From Camelus ferus (taxonomy: Eukaryota), in assembly GCF_009834535.1 (NCBI RefSeq), contig NC_045696.1, positions 63,304,001 to 63,368,000 of the forward strand: a stretch of 64,000 bases of DNA, written 5' to 3'. The position numbers were made by a program, and so were the translations under genes. Shown piece by piece: positions 11,041 to 23,001 of this stretch. Every line of letters begins with the position of its first letter. Positions within the stretch are counted from its first letter, which is position 1. The notes beneath the pieces were generated by a model. The model did not search any database. It was not told the origin of the DNA and worked only from the letters and a program-made list of their open reading frames with translations.

Positions 11041-13254
11041 AAAAAATAGAACTTCATTTCTTGTGTTTTAAAATAGTTGTTCTAATGATCAATTAGATGT
11101 AATTCAGGAATATATATTTATTTAAATGAAACAAAAAGCACACATGGTTATAAAAAATGCTCATTCATCACTGCTCCCTGTCCCTGCTTCTGTAGTAGTT
11201 TTGTGTGTATCCTCCTCAGTCTTTTTCTATGCATTTATATATAAATATAGACAAAGATATAGATGTGTGCATGTATAAACACACACACATACAGATGTAT
11301 GGCAGGTGGAATTTTCCTCTCACCTGCACTGTTCTCTCTTGTTCCTCCTTATCTGTGTTGCGGGAGATTTTTTATAAAATGGAGTAAATTGACAGAGACT
11401 TAGCTGGTGGCCACATCACGGTCCTGTTTTGAGAGGCTGTCCACAAAGGCATGCCTCTTTATCTTTGAGATTCACTGCTCTGAGGAACAACCTGAAATTC
11501 CTTCTTCAGAGAACAGCCGGGGCTGTGGGAATGAACTGGGAACCACTGACGTGCATCCGGAGCTCAGGGCCCGGTGGCCTTCTCTGCCTCCAAGACCGCT
11601 GGGCCCCTGGGTGTGGGGGGACAGCAGGGCAGGGCCACCTGGGGAAGGAGAGAAGTGGGGAGGCAGAGACAAGAGCCCTGAGTGCTCATCCCAGGCTGAC
11701 TCCATGGGCCCTGAAGGGCCATTTGGTGGGAAAACTGATGTTTAGTACCATTTGGCTTTTTGTGCGATTGTGATCAACAAATAGACAGTTTTCCTAAAAC
11801 CAGTAAGTACAATCATATTATATATATTTGCCTGCTTAAAACATATATATTTTTCTTCCTCAGCTAAAAAAGATGAACCCTGTCTTTTAAATTGGCTACT
11901 TGGCAGGGGTTTTCATGATGCATGGAATCGCGGTCTTACGGACAGACATCTGCATTGTTTGCAATGGTCTGTTACTGCAAACAGGGCTGCACTGAGCATT
12001 CCTTTCTTTTCTTTTTTTTTTTGCACTGAGTGTTCTTGAATGTATAGCTTCGTGCTCATGCACAATCATGGCTGCATATGTGGCACTTGACCCTGGTAGA
12101 TGGGTTTACACAGTTGAGTTTTGATACCTACTGCTTGACCAGTTTATATTCCTGTGTGTGAGACCACTTGCATCCTTGCCAAGCCTGGGCGTCTCCATCT
12201 TTTTTATTCTGCCAATCTACACTGGGACTTCATTGTGTGGTACTGACATCCCCATCCCTGAAGTGGACCAAGCAGGGTCATAACCTCATGTCTTGAGGGC
12301 GTGGTGGAGGGGTTTCTTCCCCAGTGGGGAGGCTAGATCACATGACCTTCAGTTCCCTGGACTCTGCTTTTTCACCAGATTAGAGAAACTTGCGTTGGTG
12401 GGAGGCCTCAGAGTTCTAAAGCCCCGAGGCAACCCTGGCCCTTCTGATTCTCCCCGGGGGGCTGGAAGTGAGCCCTGAGGTTATAGGACCTGAAGGTAGT
12501 GAATCTGGCTTTTACTTTCATCAATAATAGATCTCACTTCTCGGGGCTACCTGGGGTCATTTTGCTTTCTCTGTGGGAGAGTGTGTGCTTCCCCATGAAA
12601 GAGAGGGGCTCAAGTGATCAGAAACTCGGAGGTCCTGTAGCTGGATCCCCACAGACACCCTTAATCTGGGAAACGGTCCTTCTTGCCTGGCCTGGTTACT
12701 GTATTGAGACCCATATCCTGTCATGAGGACCAAAGAAAATGGTAGCAATGCTTTGAAAACTGTTTGCCCTGTGCACACACAAGGGTCCTCCATGAAACCT
12801 GGAAACCCTCCCATACTACACTTCCTGCAGTGTGACTCTGATTGTGCCTCTCTTCCTCTGCAGCCTTCAGTGGCTCCCTATTGCCTGCAGACGGACACCC
12901 CACTCCTTAGGGAGGCATCCCAGCCCTCTCCACTGGGGCCTGTCATGCACCCTGGGCTCCAGCCACATGCAGTGTTTGGTTTTGAGCCCTCTCTCCTTCT
13001 TGCTCTGACTCCGTGATTTTCCTTGACTCATTGCCCCTACATTTCCAGATTCTGCTCAACTTTTAAGGCTACCTTTTACATGAAACTCAAGCCCTATCCC
13101 TTCAAATGCACCCACACATCTCAACCTTACCCTGAGGAAGCATCTATCAGTGACCCTGCTCCCCTTGTCCCCTCACAATCCTTACTTGGCACCACACTTT
13201 GATCTATGGTGGTCCTATAGCATCTGAGCACACAATGTGGAGGAAATAGCATAC

Positions 13255-13390
13255 AATCCACAGTCAGAGATTTGAATCTTGTTTCTGCCACTTAGTGTGT
13301 GACCTTGGGGAAATTAGTTAATGGCCCAGGGCCTCAGTTTTTCTATCTGTAAAACAGGGGCAATTTCTCCCACTCATAGGATTATTTGGT
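13255..13390 (+). mobile_element. MIR SINE
   Basis: Core tgccacttagtgtgtgaccttgggg...cctcagtttttctatctgtaaaacaggg. Other MIR remnants lie near 1160, 4790, 30290-30480, 31750-31930, 51230, 54090, 56190, 57700 and 58950. Confidence 0.8.
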
Positions 13391-13393
13391 AAT

Positions 13394-13407
13394 CAGTGGA
13401 TCTCAGC

Positions 13408-13453
<46 letters not shown>

Positions 13454-13644
13454 GACTCCCCAGGGGACATATGGCACTATGTAGAGACATTTTTGGTTGT
13501 CACAACTTGGGAAGGATGCTATAGGTATCTAGTGGGTAGAGGCTAGTGGATGCTCCAAGCAGCCTACAATCTCTAGGACAGCTCCCGACAACGAAGAATC
13601 CTCTGGACCTGAAAGGCAATATGGCGTGGCTGAGAAACCCAGTG
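13394..13644 (+). mobile_element. MER20 DNA transposon containing a (GT)21 microsatellite
   Basis: cagtggatctca...ccccaggggacat...gacatttttggttgtcacaact...tctagtgggtagaggc...tgagaaaccc. Confidence 0.85.
13411..13452. repeat. (GT)21 microsatellite
   Basis: Perfect dinucleotide run. Confidence 0.95.
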
Positions 13645-14914
13645 TAGACAAAGTGATACACTGATGCAATAAGGAGCCTGTGGGCTTTCTGGTGCACAGT
13701 ACGTGCTTCAAAAATGATCAGTCTTCCTTCCTCCCCACTGAGTGCCAGCTCTTTATGGGCAAGAAACATATCTGATTCATCCTTGTGTTGTCCGCAGCTC
13801 CCAGCACGGGGCCTGGCACAGGGTGGCTGAACATCAGGGTTGGGACAGAAGGAAGGGTTTCTTGCAGATTCTATGGAAAGGCAGTTGAAGACACCAGTTT
13901 TGGGATGTGGAGGCTCCAGGGCAGTAAGAGGGAAGGAGTTCTCTATGTGGAATATTATTGGGAAGGAAGGCTGGTGGTTGAAGAGACAGGCTGGGAGCTG
14001 TGTGAAGACCCCCTCCAAGCAGTGCCTGCCTCTCTTGGGCCAGTGTTACTTAATTGACAGGGCATTTTTTGTTTCTGTCTCTGAATCATGGTTCCAGGGT
14101 GAGGAGGAATGCGGTGTGATTCAGGCTGAAGGGCTTGACCATGGCAAGCCACCCAAATGACTATTTCAGTAATAACACTTTTATGTTTTCCTTTCATCAC
14201 AGATCTCAAAGCGCGGCACAAACATTAATTAAGTCTCTTAGCATTCCGAGAAGCACTGTGTGTAAATATCACTCTCCCCACTTGGCTGAGAGGGTTAACT
14301 GAGCCAGAGAAGGGCAGGTGGCTTCATCTAGGGCAGCTCAACCCTGTAGAGTCTCCACCTTGGAGAAGCTGGGATTTAACAGCCTCCCCGCCCCTCCAAC
14401 CACGACTTCTTTCTCCCCTTTCCCAGGCCCTCTTGGCGTTACCATGAGTAGAAATGGTTTCCTGCCCACCAAAGCAGCAGGACACAAGTTCCAATGCAGA
14501 GGTGCAGGGCATAGGGAGCCCCTCCTTCTTAGATATGTCCCTTAACTGCTGTGGACCCACTTCTGGGAGGGGGCAGTGAGGGGACAGAGGATGATGTCAG
14601 AGGGGATTGAAACATTTTTTTTTAGGAGGGGTCCCATGGGGGTAAATTTATCTTTCCTCGGAATTTTCTCAAAATGTTAACAGGTGAATTGGATTAAGCA
14701 AATAAGAGTGTTCCTTGTATTATTATTGCAGATTTTCTGTCGATATCAAATTACTTCCAAAGCAAAAGTTTAAAAGGACAAAGAACGAATGCCTTCTCTA
14801 GAGCCACAGCTCTTTTCTAGAACCGCAGGGGCCAATGCAGTGAGAGTCCAAAAGAAACACTGGAGGAAAAGACACAAGAGGAAAAATATGTTCTTTAAAA
14901 GAAAAAAAAAAAAG

Positions 14915-15100
14915 CCGGCTGAGGAAAACCCCTTCCGCTGCAGCGCGCAGGCTTGCCTCCCTTGGTGATTGCCGGCTGTCCTCGCACGTCGGGGCGCTGC
15001 AGTGGCGCGCGTGCCCCTCCCCGCCACCGCGCCGACACTGCCCCTGGCGGTGACTCATGCCGGGCATCCTTTAAATACCGGGAGCGCCCAGCCAGCCGCA
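14915..15100 (+). promoter_or_regulatory. LRRC15: LRRC15 core/proximal promoter (CpG-rich ~14915-15420)
   Basis: High CpG density. kB-like GGAAAACCCC 14923-14932, GC box around 15014-15028, AP-1 TGACTCA 15051-15057, TATA-like TTTAAATA 15070-15077 about 25-30 nt before an Inr-like CACTCA near 15100. Confidence 0.8.
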
Positions 15101-15184
15101 CTCATGCTGCAGTCTTGAGCCGTCCCAAGTCCTCCTCTCGCGCTCCCTCTGGTCGACGGCGGGCGAGCGGGCGCCGCGCTGCTG
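15100..15184 (+). other. LRRC15: LRRC15 non-coding exon 1 (start approximate); intron 1 is 15185 to ~22996/22998
   Basis: Follows the TATA-like box and ends at a consensus donor CTG|GTAAGT (15185-15190). Matching acceptor ctctgtctccttgcag at 22981-22996. Confidence 0.8.
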
Positions 15185-18100
15185 GTAAGTAGGCGGGCCG
15201 GCCTCCTGCCTCCTCCCTCCCTCCCACCCGCCTGGAAGGACCTGGCCATCCACCTCCTCTTTTTCTGTTGACCCGCTACCCCGGGAAGAGGGTCCAGGAC
15301 TGGCGCGGTGCCTGAGGATGGATGCTCTCCAACCTTGGCCAGTGGAGCCTGCACCGGCGGGGCGCGTGGCCCGACCCCACGCTGCCCAGGCGCCTGGGGC
15401 CACAGCCTTGCTCTGCCGATTCCTGACCAGCCTCTTGCTCCTTTTGCCCCGACCGGTCCCTGATGTCGACCTGGGATGCTGGGAAGATGTTTTAGACGAG
15501 CAAGATGCGTTGAAAGTTGATTAAATGCTCACATCAGTTACCCATCTTACCTTTTTCAGGATACTAGCTCCATTGGGAGAAGAATTTCTCTTAAGATTCA
15601 GGTTATTCGAACCCAAATCCTTTTCCCCAGCACTTACTATGGTGGCCACCAGCGGCCTGTCCTGCATTCGGGTCTGTCCAGGACCAATGGGGGTTTCCCA
15701 GGCAAGAGCACTGTCCTCTTTTCATAAGCTGATTTATAGTTGTTACAAAAACAGCTTCAGCAGATGTGCTGGTGCCTGGTTTCTATTTCCAACTTGAAAT
15801 TCAGCCATGGACTCAGGGTTGTTCCAAATTCTAAGTTTGTGTGTGGCTTAGGCGACCCCAAACTGGCAGCTTTCCCTCTCGCCAATTGGAGTGTTGGAGC
15901 TTGGCTGTGGCTGCTGGCTTTGGGCAGGGAGAGTCAGGGCTGGAGATGGATTTGTGATCAGGGTGATTTGCATTTAAAATTGTGACTCTTGTACCTTTAC
16001 TGGTGTCTCTGCTCAAACGCAGAGGCAGGAGCAGGGCCAAGGAACCAGATGTGAAAAACTAGAACTTTTCTAGAACTTCCCACCTTTCCCAGATGTGAAA
16101 GAGCCAGTCTACCTCCAGGGCCAATGGGTTACCTCAGGGCAGGCTGCGACTCTCTCTTGGACGACACATCGCTCAGACCAAAGGTGCTGGATGCCTGTCT
16201 GTCACCTTGACTGCTCCTTTAGGATTATGTCACCGTATCTCAGCCAGTGCTGGTGCCGCTGGCTCCGTAATTTAGAAAGTCTGTAATGGCTGTCACGTCT
16301 TACACTCTGCATTGACTGAACATCTGGGGCACATTCAGGGCCAGACAGTCCCATTTGCCTGTGGTCTTGAGTCAGTCGGGCGGGCTCTGCAGTGATGAGA
16401 CAAGTGTGTGAGAGAGGCCGGTGGGGAAAGCTCGGGGGGGGGGGGGAAGCTGGGGAGGGGGAGGGCTCTAAACCAACCTGGCAGAAGGTCAAGGCACGGA
16501 AGACTCTCCCAGGGCTGGGGATGCTGCTTGGGTTGCTCAGTGAGTGCGGGGTGGGTTGCCAGTGAGAGTAGATCCAGATGTAGAGAAACAAGGAAAGCTG
16601 GGAGAGAAGTCGTTCCAACTGGGATGAGTGCCAGCAAACACTCTCGGGACTGTAATTACACATGACAATTTGCTTCCCTAAATCCTGACCGCAGAAGATG
16701 GACTGCAGCTTCTGGTTTCACTGCCTCCCTGGACTTTTGGGACACAGGATTTAGAACCTTCTTTCAAGATGCTTTGAGAAGGGCCTGATCCATTTCTATC
16801 CAAGTTGGGCCCCCAGGTGTTACCCTGAGAAGGGGGCTGTAGCCTACAGCTTTAAAACTAAAAGCCCCAAGTGGGAGCTTCTTCCCGTTCTGCTGGCAAG
16901 TTTGTCATAATCTCCTTTTTGCCAGGCTAATTACAGCCCTGCCATGGTTTCTGTAGGAAGCCCTACCTCCCCTAACCCTGGGGCTGGGAAGGGCTTGCTT
17001 TTCTTTTGTTTTTCATTTTCTTTTTAAAACAAATCTCAGTTTCCTTTTTTAAACAAATTTTTAAATATTAAAAAAATGGTAAACTCATTTTCTTTTTTAA
17101 ACAAATGAACTGCATTTTAACTTTAAAGACCAGGAGAGATGAGGTTAACAATTGAGCCAGGCAGGGGTGGGGGCAAGAGGTGGGGAAATGAGGGTGGCCC
17201 CTCTTCCCTTGGGGATCCAGGATGTGTTTGGGGTAGAGCTTTCCTAATGGGTAGAGTCCCTAACGGGGCTGTGTTCTGAGGTGACGAGATCAACCCCTTC
17301 TAGTGACCTCTTCTGTTCCTTCCCTCCACTCCTCCAGGCCACTTAGGTGACACTGAGCAAACATGAGCATCAGACCTGGGCGTTGAGGAAGAACATCCCC
17401 CAAACCATGCAGCCTGCGATTTGATAGAGACACTTGACCTTGACTAATCGTGCTAGGCAGCTGGAGGGTGGCTGCTCTTTAAGGCTGACATCATTTTAGA
17501 ATGGAGAGTGGGAAGCCACCTCTCCCCCACTTCCAGGCACTGCCAGACATTTGGGTGACAAGGTCCTGAAGCCTCATGATAAGGCTGAGTGGTTCGCCAA
17601 GCCCCAGGGTTAGGTAGGGCCCTGACTTGGGTGTCTGGAATCATCTGCTGACTGTGTGACCTAGGGCAAGGCCCCCCCCATTCAGAGCCCCTTGTTTTTC
17701 CCGTCTACAGAGTGACCAGGTGGTTTGACCAGGTCAGCTCCAAAGGCCCTTGTGTCTCTGATACCCTGGACTCCTAGTGCTGCTTCTGGGACCAGCCTCT
17801 ACTTCTGGGTTCAGCTCAGCCCAAACCCCAGATTTCTGGGGATGGAGAAAGGGCCACTGAAGGAAATATCAGTAGAGGGGGCTGGACCAGGTCTATGGCC
17901 CGACCTTCAGCCTCCCTGATCCAGGGTTCAGTCTCTGTCTTGGCAAAAAGACATAGATCAGGAGCGTGGGTCCCAGCTGGTCTAGACCTGAAGGGGTGCT
18001 TCTGAGTGTGGGCTGTGTGTGTATGGGACCCCTGCATCAGAGTCACTTGGGGAATTTGTTACATATGCAGGGTGTTGGTTCCCACCTCCCATCCAAGGAT

Positions 18101-20259
18101 TAGGATCTCTGTGGGTAGAAACTCCAGAGATTCTGATTTTACTCAACAGTAGGATGAAGAATAATTTATCAGGTACTCATTTGGGGCCAAAAACAAGTCC
18201 AAGTACTTTCCATGCATGAACTCAGTTACTCCTCATTGCTGTAATGCTGTGAGGTTGGGTCTATTAAGCAAGCTTCCCAGGCATTTCCAGGTGGTGTTTA
18301 TGTACTGACCTGGAGGAGGTAGTGGTTACCCCCTTTAAGTGAGATGGGGCGGTCAGGACACACTAAGCCGCTCAGTCAGTGACTTCGGATCTGGTGGACC
18401 GTGCAGAGAGGAGCGATACTGGCTGTGTGCAGGGGAGACAACACAGCCTCAAGCCTGGCTCCTCTCTCCATTGGACAGGGCAGCATCTCAAAGCAGAAGA
18501 GGCCATGTGTAGGGAGACCTCTGTGGGGGGAGGGCACAGGCCAGGGAGGGAGATCTTCTCTCTGGGCCTCAATTTCCCCTGGTGCACTGGGAGAGGGCAG
18601 GACCAGAGGCTCCCTAAGCCTTTCTCAGCATCCTGATCCATGAAATGTGGCCATGTGAAGATGCACCGATTAACAAATGGAATTGCCCTGCCTGGAAAAC
18701 TTTTGAAGCAAGATGGGCTTGTAAACAATGATACGAGGTTCTCAAGCCTCAGTCTGAAGGTGGCGCTGCTGGAGGTTGGGTGTGACCTATAAGAAATGGT
18801 GGGAAAGGTGAGGTTTCAGGCCAAATCTCCTTTCTGTCTCTGGTGAGCTGCCCAGGGCCCTTGGGACTCTTTACAGGAGGAGAACCGGAGGCCTGGGGAA
18901 TTGACCTACACTCACACTCCAACTCAGAGTCAAGGCTGAGCAGTGCGTCCATCTCCAAGGCTCTTTCCCAAAGCTTGGCTCCGTGGCGTTGAAATAGGAA
19001 GGGTCTCCTCCCAGGGAACCTCCTGTTTAGGGAATGTGAATGATGGTATTAAACCCAAAAGTCCCAGCCCACCAACCGGCAAAGCCCAGGGCTTCCAGGC
19101 TAATTATGTGTTGGCTTATGAGTCATAGGCATTTCTTGCTAAAGAGACCCAGAGTCAGAGCGCCTGGTCCCAAGCGCTTCTCCTCCTGGGGAGGAACCGC
19201 GTCAGAGTGTCCAGGTGAGCTGTCTGTCTGTCCTTCTTTGTGTCTGCCACTCAATGAATTCCCCCGGCCAGCAACAGATGCCAGGCTGCGCCCCATCCCA
19301 GGACAGGGGCTGGATGGAGTCCCCACAGTGACTGAGGACACGTTTGGCCACCTGGAGGAGGAGGGTGTAATTAGGGCAGCTTTGTGGGTCTTTAACTGGC
19401 ATTTGTCACAGCTGCCAAGCGGCATCGGGCAGCGTTGGCTATTAGGCTGCTGTGTGCCGGGCTCCTGAGGGCCTCAGGCTGCCACGGATGCTTGTAACAC
19501 TTTCTGAAAATCCAAGGGCCGGCTGGCTCTCCGGCCCTGCTCCTGCGGCCCCTCCCTCCCGGGAGGGCTCTGCTGTTGGGTCTGAGGTGGGCTCTCAGGA
19601 GGTCCTTTGGAGTAATCAGTACCAGCTGTGGCAGTGACAAGTGCTGGAAAATAGGAAACCACTCCATGTGGTGCTGGGGTGGGCTCTGCCGACATGAGGA
19701 TTTAGAAAAAGGAAAAATTCTGTAGATTCTTGCAATATTTGTCAAACTGAGTATGGTCCATTTTAGACAATAGTGGCTGTGTTCCCATAAGGAATCTTCT
19801 TCCCTCCTCCTCCCAAGTCATAAGGCATCGCCCCCTGGCCCTGGCCCTTCCTGGGCTGCCTGGATGCCCCCTCCCCAGCTGGGAGTGCACACTCTGAGAA
19901 GGTCTGAGATAGATCTTTGGAGTGCATCTTGTTCCATACTCTCATTTACTGATGGGGAAACTCAACAGAGACTGCCCTGGGCTTGCCAGACACTTTAATT
20001 TAGTCTCTGATACTTGGGGTACAGCACCATTTTGAAGCATTGTGGGCGTAAGAGTACACAAAATAAGTACTGGATGGTTCATTACCAGGAGTGATTAGAG
20101 CTCCACCTTTTCTAAGTCAGTCCAAGGGGCAAATCTCTCTCACACACATGTATCAAGGGGATGGGCAAACACCCATACCTGTCTGCGCTGACCCCCTGGG
20201 AGCGCACGCACAGTTGTCCTGGTAGATGGATCTCATATCCTTGTTTTGGGACTCACCCT

Positions 20260-20950
20260 TGGAATCCTAAAATCTTGGGGATGGGCAGGACGTCAGCTGT
20301 CATCTAGTCCAGTCCCCTACCAGGTGGAGTAATCTTCTCTCCAGTTTCCTTACCAAGTAGTTACTCAGTTTCTGCTTGAAGATTTTTGGTGACAGGGAGC
20401 TTACTACCTCTGTGGGGTTGTCCACTCTGACTCAGACAAGCTGACTTTGGTGGTGAGCTAAAACCTGCTGCTTGCTCACATCTTCTCTCCTTCTAGCTGT
20501 TCATCTACAGTTCCTTCAATGGATGCTCAGGTGTTCTGGTTTCTGGTTCCTTATCTTCTGCTTACCCTTCTCTAGAAGACCTTCATCAGTGTGTCATTGG
20601 CCTCTTGAAGTTCAGGGTGGACCAGAGCCAGCAATATAGGTGTGGATTGATCAAGGCAGTGCACAATACCACCATCACCTCCTTTGTTTCACACGTAATA
20701 CTTCTGCTAATGCAGGCTAAGATCGCATTAGCTTTTGCGGGCAGTCTCCTTTCTCTGTTACTGTCAATAAAAAGCTGTAAGCCTTTCTCCAGGGGTGGAT
20801 GTTAAGGTACTTTTTCAGTACCTCTTGTCTAAGCTGTTCATTTTCTGCTCTCAAGTTCTGGAGCTGACATTTGTCTATGCAAGCTTATCCTCTTAGGTGT
20901 GTCCATAGCTTAATCTGGCCGCTTTCCTTTGCATCTAGACTCCATTTGTC
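20260..20950 (-). mobile_element. L3/CR1 LINE remnant in LRRC15 intron 1
   Basis: tcatctagtcca...ctgcttgaa...gacagggagcttactacctc and taatgcaggctaagatcgcattagcttttg resemble the CR1/L3 reverse strand. Confidence 0.65.
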
Positions 20951-21374
20951 AAGTTGTTATTTTTTTTAAAAGCAAGATATAGATTTTATTCTATCAGATA
21001 AACACAACTTAAAAAAGATTATAATGTCAATGGTATTGAGAGTTTGGAGAAGCAGATGATCCATATGCTGAGACTGTTTTCACAGGTACAATACTTGTAA
21101 AGGATAATCTTTCAAAATGTAACAAAATTTGAATACTATCTACTAAACTTTCCGGAATTTTATCTAACAGAATATGTAGAAGCAAATTCCACACGATCTC
21201 CAAGCTGTCTTACAGATACCTCTCACTGAACGCTTCCCATTCTCCCTATTTAAACCTGTTCCTCCCTCATACACCTTTGATTAGTTTATGATACCAGTAT
21301 CAATCCATTTGCCCCTTCCTAAAACCTTAAGCTCTCCTTCATCTAGTAACTCTCTTACCCATTATCAGTTATAC

Positions 21375-21788
21375 CAATGTACATATATATTCCTTTTCAT
21401 ATTCTTTTTCATTATAGGCTATTACAAGGTATTGAATAATACAGTTCCCTGTGCTCTGCAGTAAGACCATGTTGTTTACCTATTTTATATATAGTAGTGT
21501 GTATCTGCAAATCCCAAAGTCCCAATTTATCCTTCCACCTCCTCCTTTTCCCCCCGGTAACCACAATTTTGTTTTCTATGTCTGTGAATCTGTTTCTGTT
21601 TTGTAAAGTTCATTTGTCTCTTTTTTTTAGATTCCACATATAAGTGATATCATATGGTATTTGTCTTTCTCTTTTTGGCTTACTTCACTTAGCATGACAA
21701 TCTCCAGGTCCATCTATGTTGCTGCAAATGGCATTATTGTAGTCTTTTTTATGGATGAGTAGTATCCCATTGTATATATATGTATGTG

Positions 21789-21790
<2 letters not shown>
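21375..21790 (-). mobile_element. Artiodactyl-type L1 3' UTR fragment
   Basis: attccacatataagtgatatcatatggtatttgtctttc...tccatctatgttgctgcaaatggc. Same family as the copies at 1968, 42296 and 47332. Confidence 0.9.

Positions 21791-21792
<2 letters not shown>

Positions 21793-21834
<42 letters not shown>
21793..21834. repeat. (CA)21 microsatellite
   Basis: Perfect dinucleotide run at the end of the L1 fragment. Confidence 0.95.
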
Positions 21835-21842
<8 letters not shown>

Positions 21843-23001
21843 ATATTTATATATTATGAGGCCTCAAGCTTCATTCAGGGTCAGACAGCTAGTGGGTGGT
21901 CCTTAACTATCCCCACGTCTCCACCTTCTATATAGTTTATAGACCTGACTTCAAACACCAAACCTTCCCTGAGGAAGATTTGACTCTATTCCCAGATTAG
22001 CACCATGTCTACAGGAGCATCTGGGCCTACAACCTGTCAGCTCAAAGTACATCCTAAGTTTTCTGAGATTTCCTCAAAGCCACTCAGTGTTTCTTTTGGA
22101 AACTGAGACTAGTACCCAGAAGGCAGAGTCCAGATGTCGCTGACACACAGCAGCCCCTTCCAGCAAGACAGGAAGTGGAGCAGATCACTTCCTTTTATTG
22201 GGAAGACGGTTTGGTTTAAGCCCAGCCTTGTGAAAGTGCTAACACAGGGGCAGGTTGTTGGTGGCTGGTGCAGGACAGGGCCCAGGGAGAGGGGAAGCTG
22301 AGCTTCCCTGCAGTCTTTTCCATGAGATTCCAGAGTAGTCCCGCCTCTGCTGGCTGCTGCAGCTCTTCCCAGCATGCCGCCATGTTTCTGGCTTTAGCGT
22401 CTTCCCCCAGGTTCAGGCCCTGTTTATTTGTTCTCATTTCCTGTCTGTCCTCCTGAGGAAGCCATGTTCAACCAGCAGGTCCAGGTGCCGTGAGGGTACA
22501 GAGATGGACAAGATACTGTTCCTGACTGAAGGAGCCCATGGGGTGGGAGATGAGCATCCCTGCCCTTGCAAAGCTTATTGACTAGTGAAGGTGATGGACG
22601 GCCGCACAACGAGTGCCACATGCGGCCACCCCGGCACAGGCCATGATGGAGGCTGGGAAGACTGCCTGCACGGGAGGGTAACTAATGCTGACTCATGGAA
22701 TCTGAGAAAGCTTCCTGGAGGTGACGCATCTGAGCTAGACTTAGAAGCGTGGGGAAGGTTTGGATGAGGAAGGAGTGCTCTCCAGGCAGGGGGAATTGCT
22801 TGGGCAAAGACATGGAAGTAGGAAGGCAGTGGGGGAAGGCCAAGAGGCTTGCAGACCAGACCGCAGGCAGCATGAGATGGCTGTGCAGTGATGGGTCCAA
22901 AGGCAAGCCAGTGTTTGGCACCCAAAGTTGCCTTAAAAATAGCTGCAGCATTGGTGAAGGGCGGCCCTGACACATGTGTGCTCTGTCTCCTTGCAGAGGC
23001 C

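Noticed and set aside
1..14900. GP5 or another LRR paralogue upstream of LRRC15
   Set aside because: No LRR-coding ORF or pseudogene is visible. GP5 is presumably outside the window.
15185..22980. Extra coding exon giving a longer LRRC15 isoform, as I recall for human
   Set aside because: I could not identify a matching exon with convincing splice sites.
22888..23001. 38-aa N-terminal extension of the 622-aa LRRC15 ORF
   Set aside because: It lies upstream of a clear splice acceptor, so it is intronic. The signal peptide begins at the ATG at 23002.
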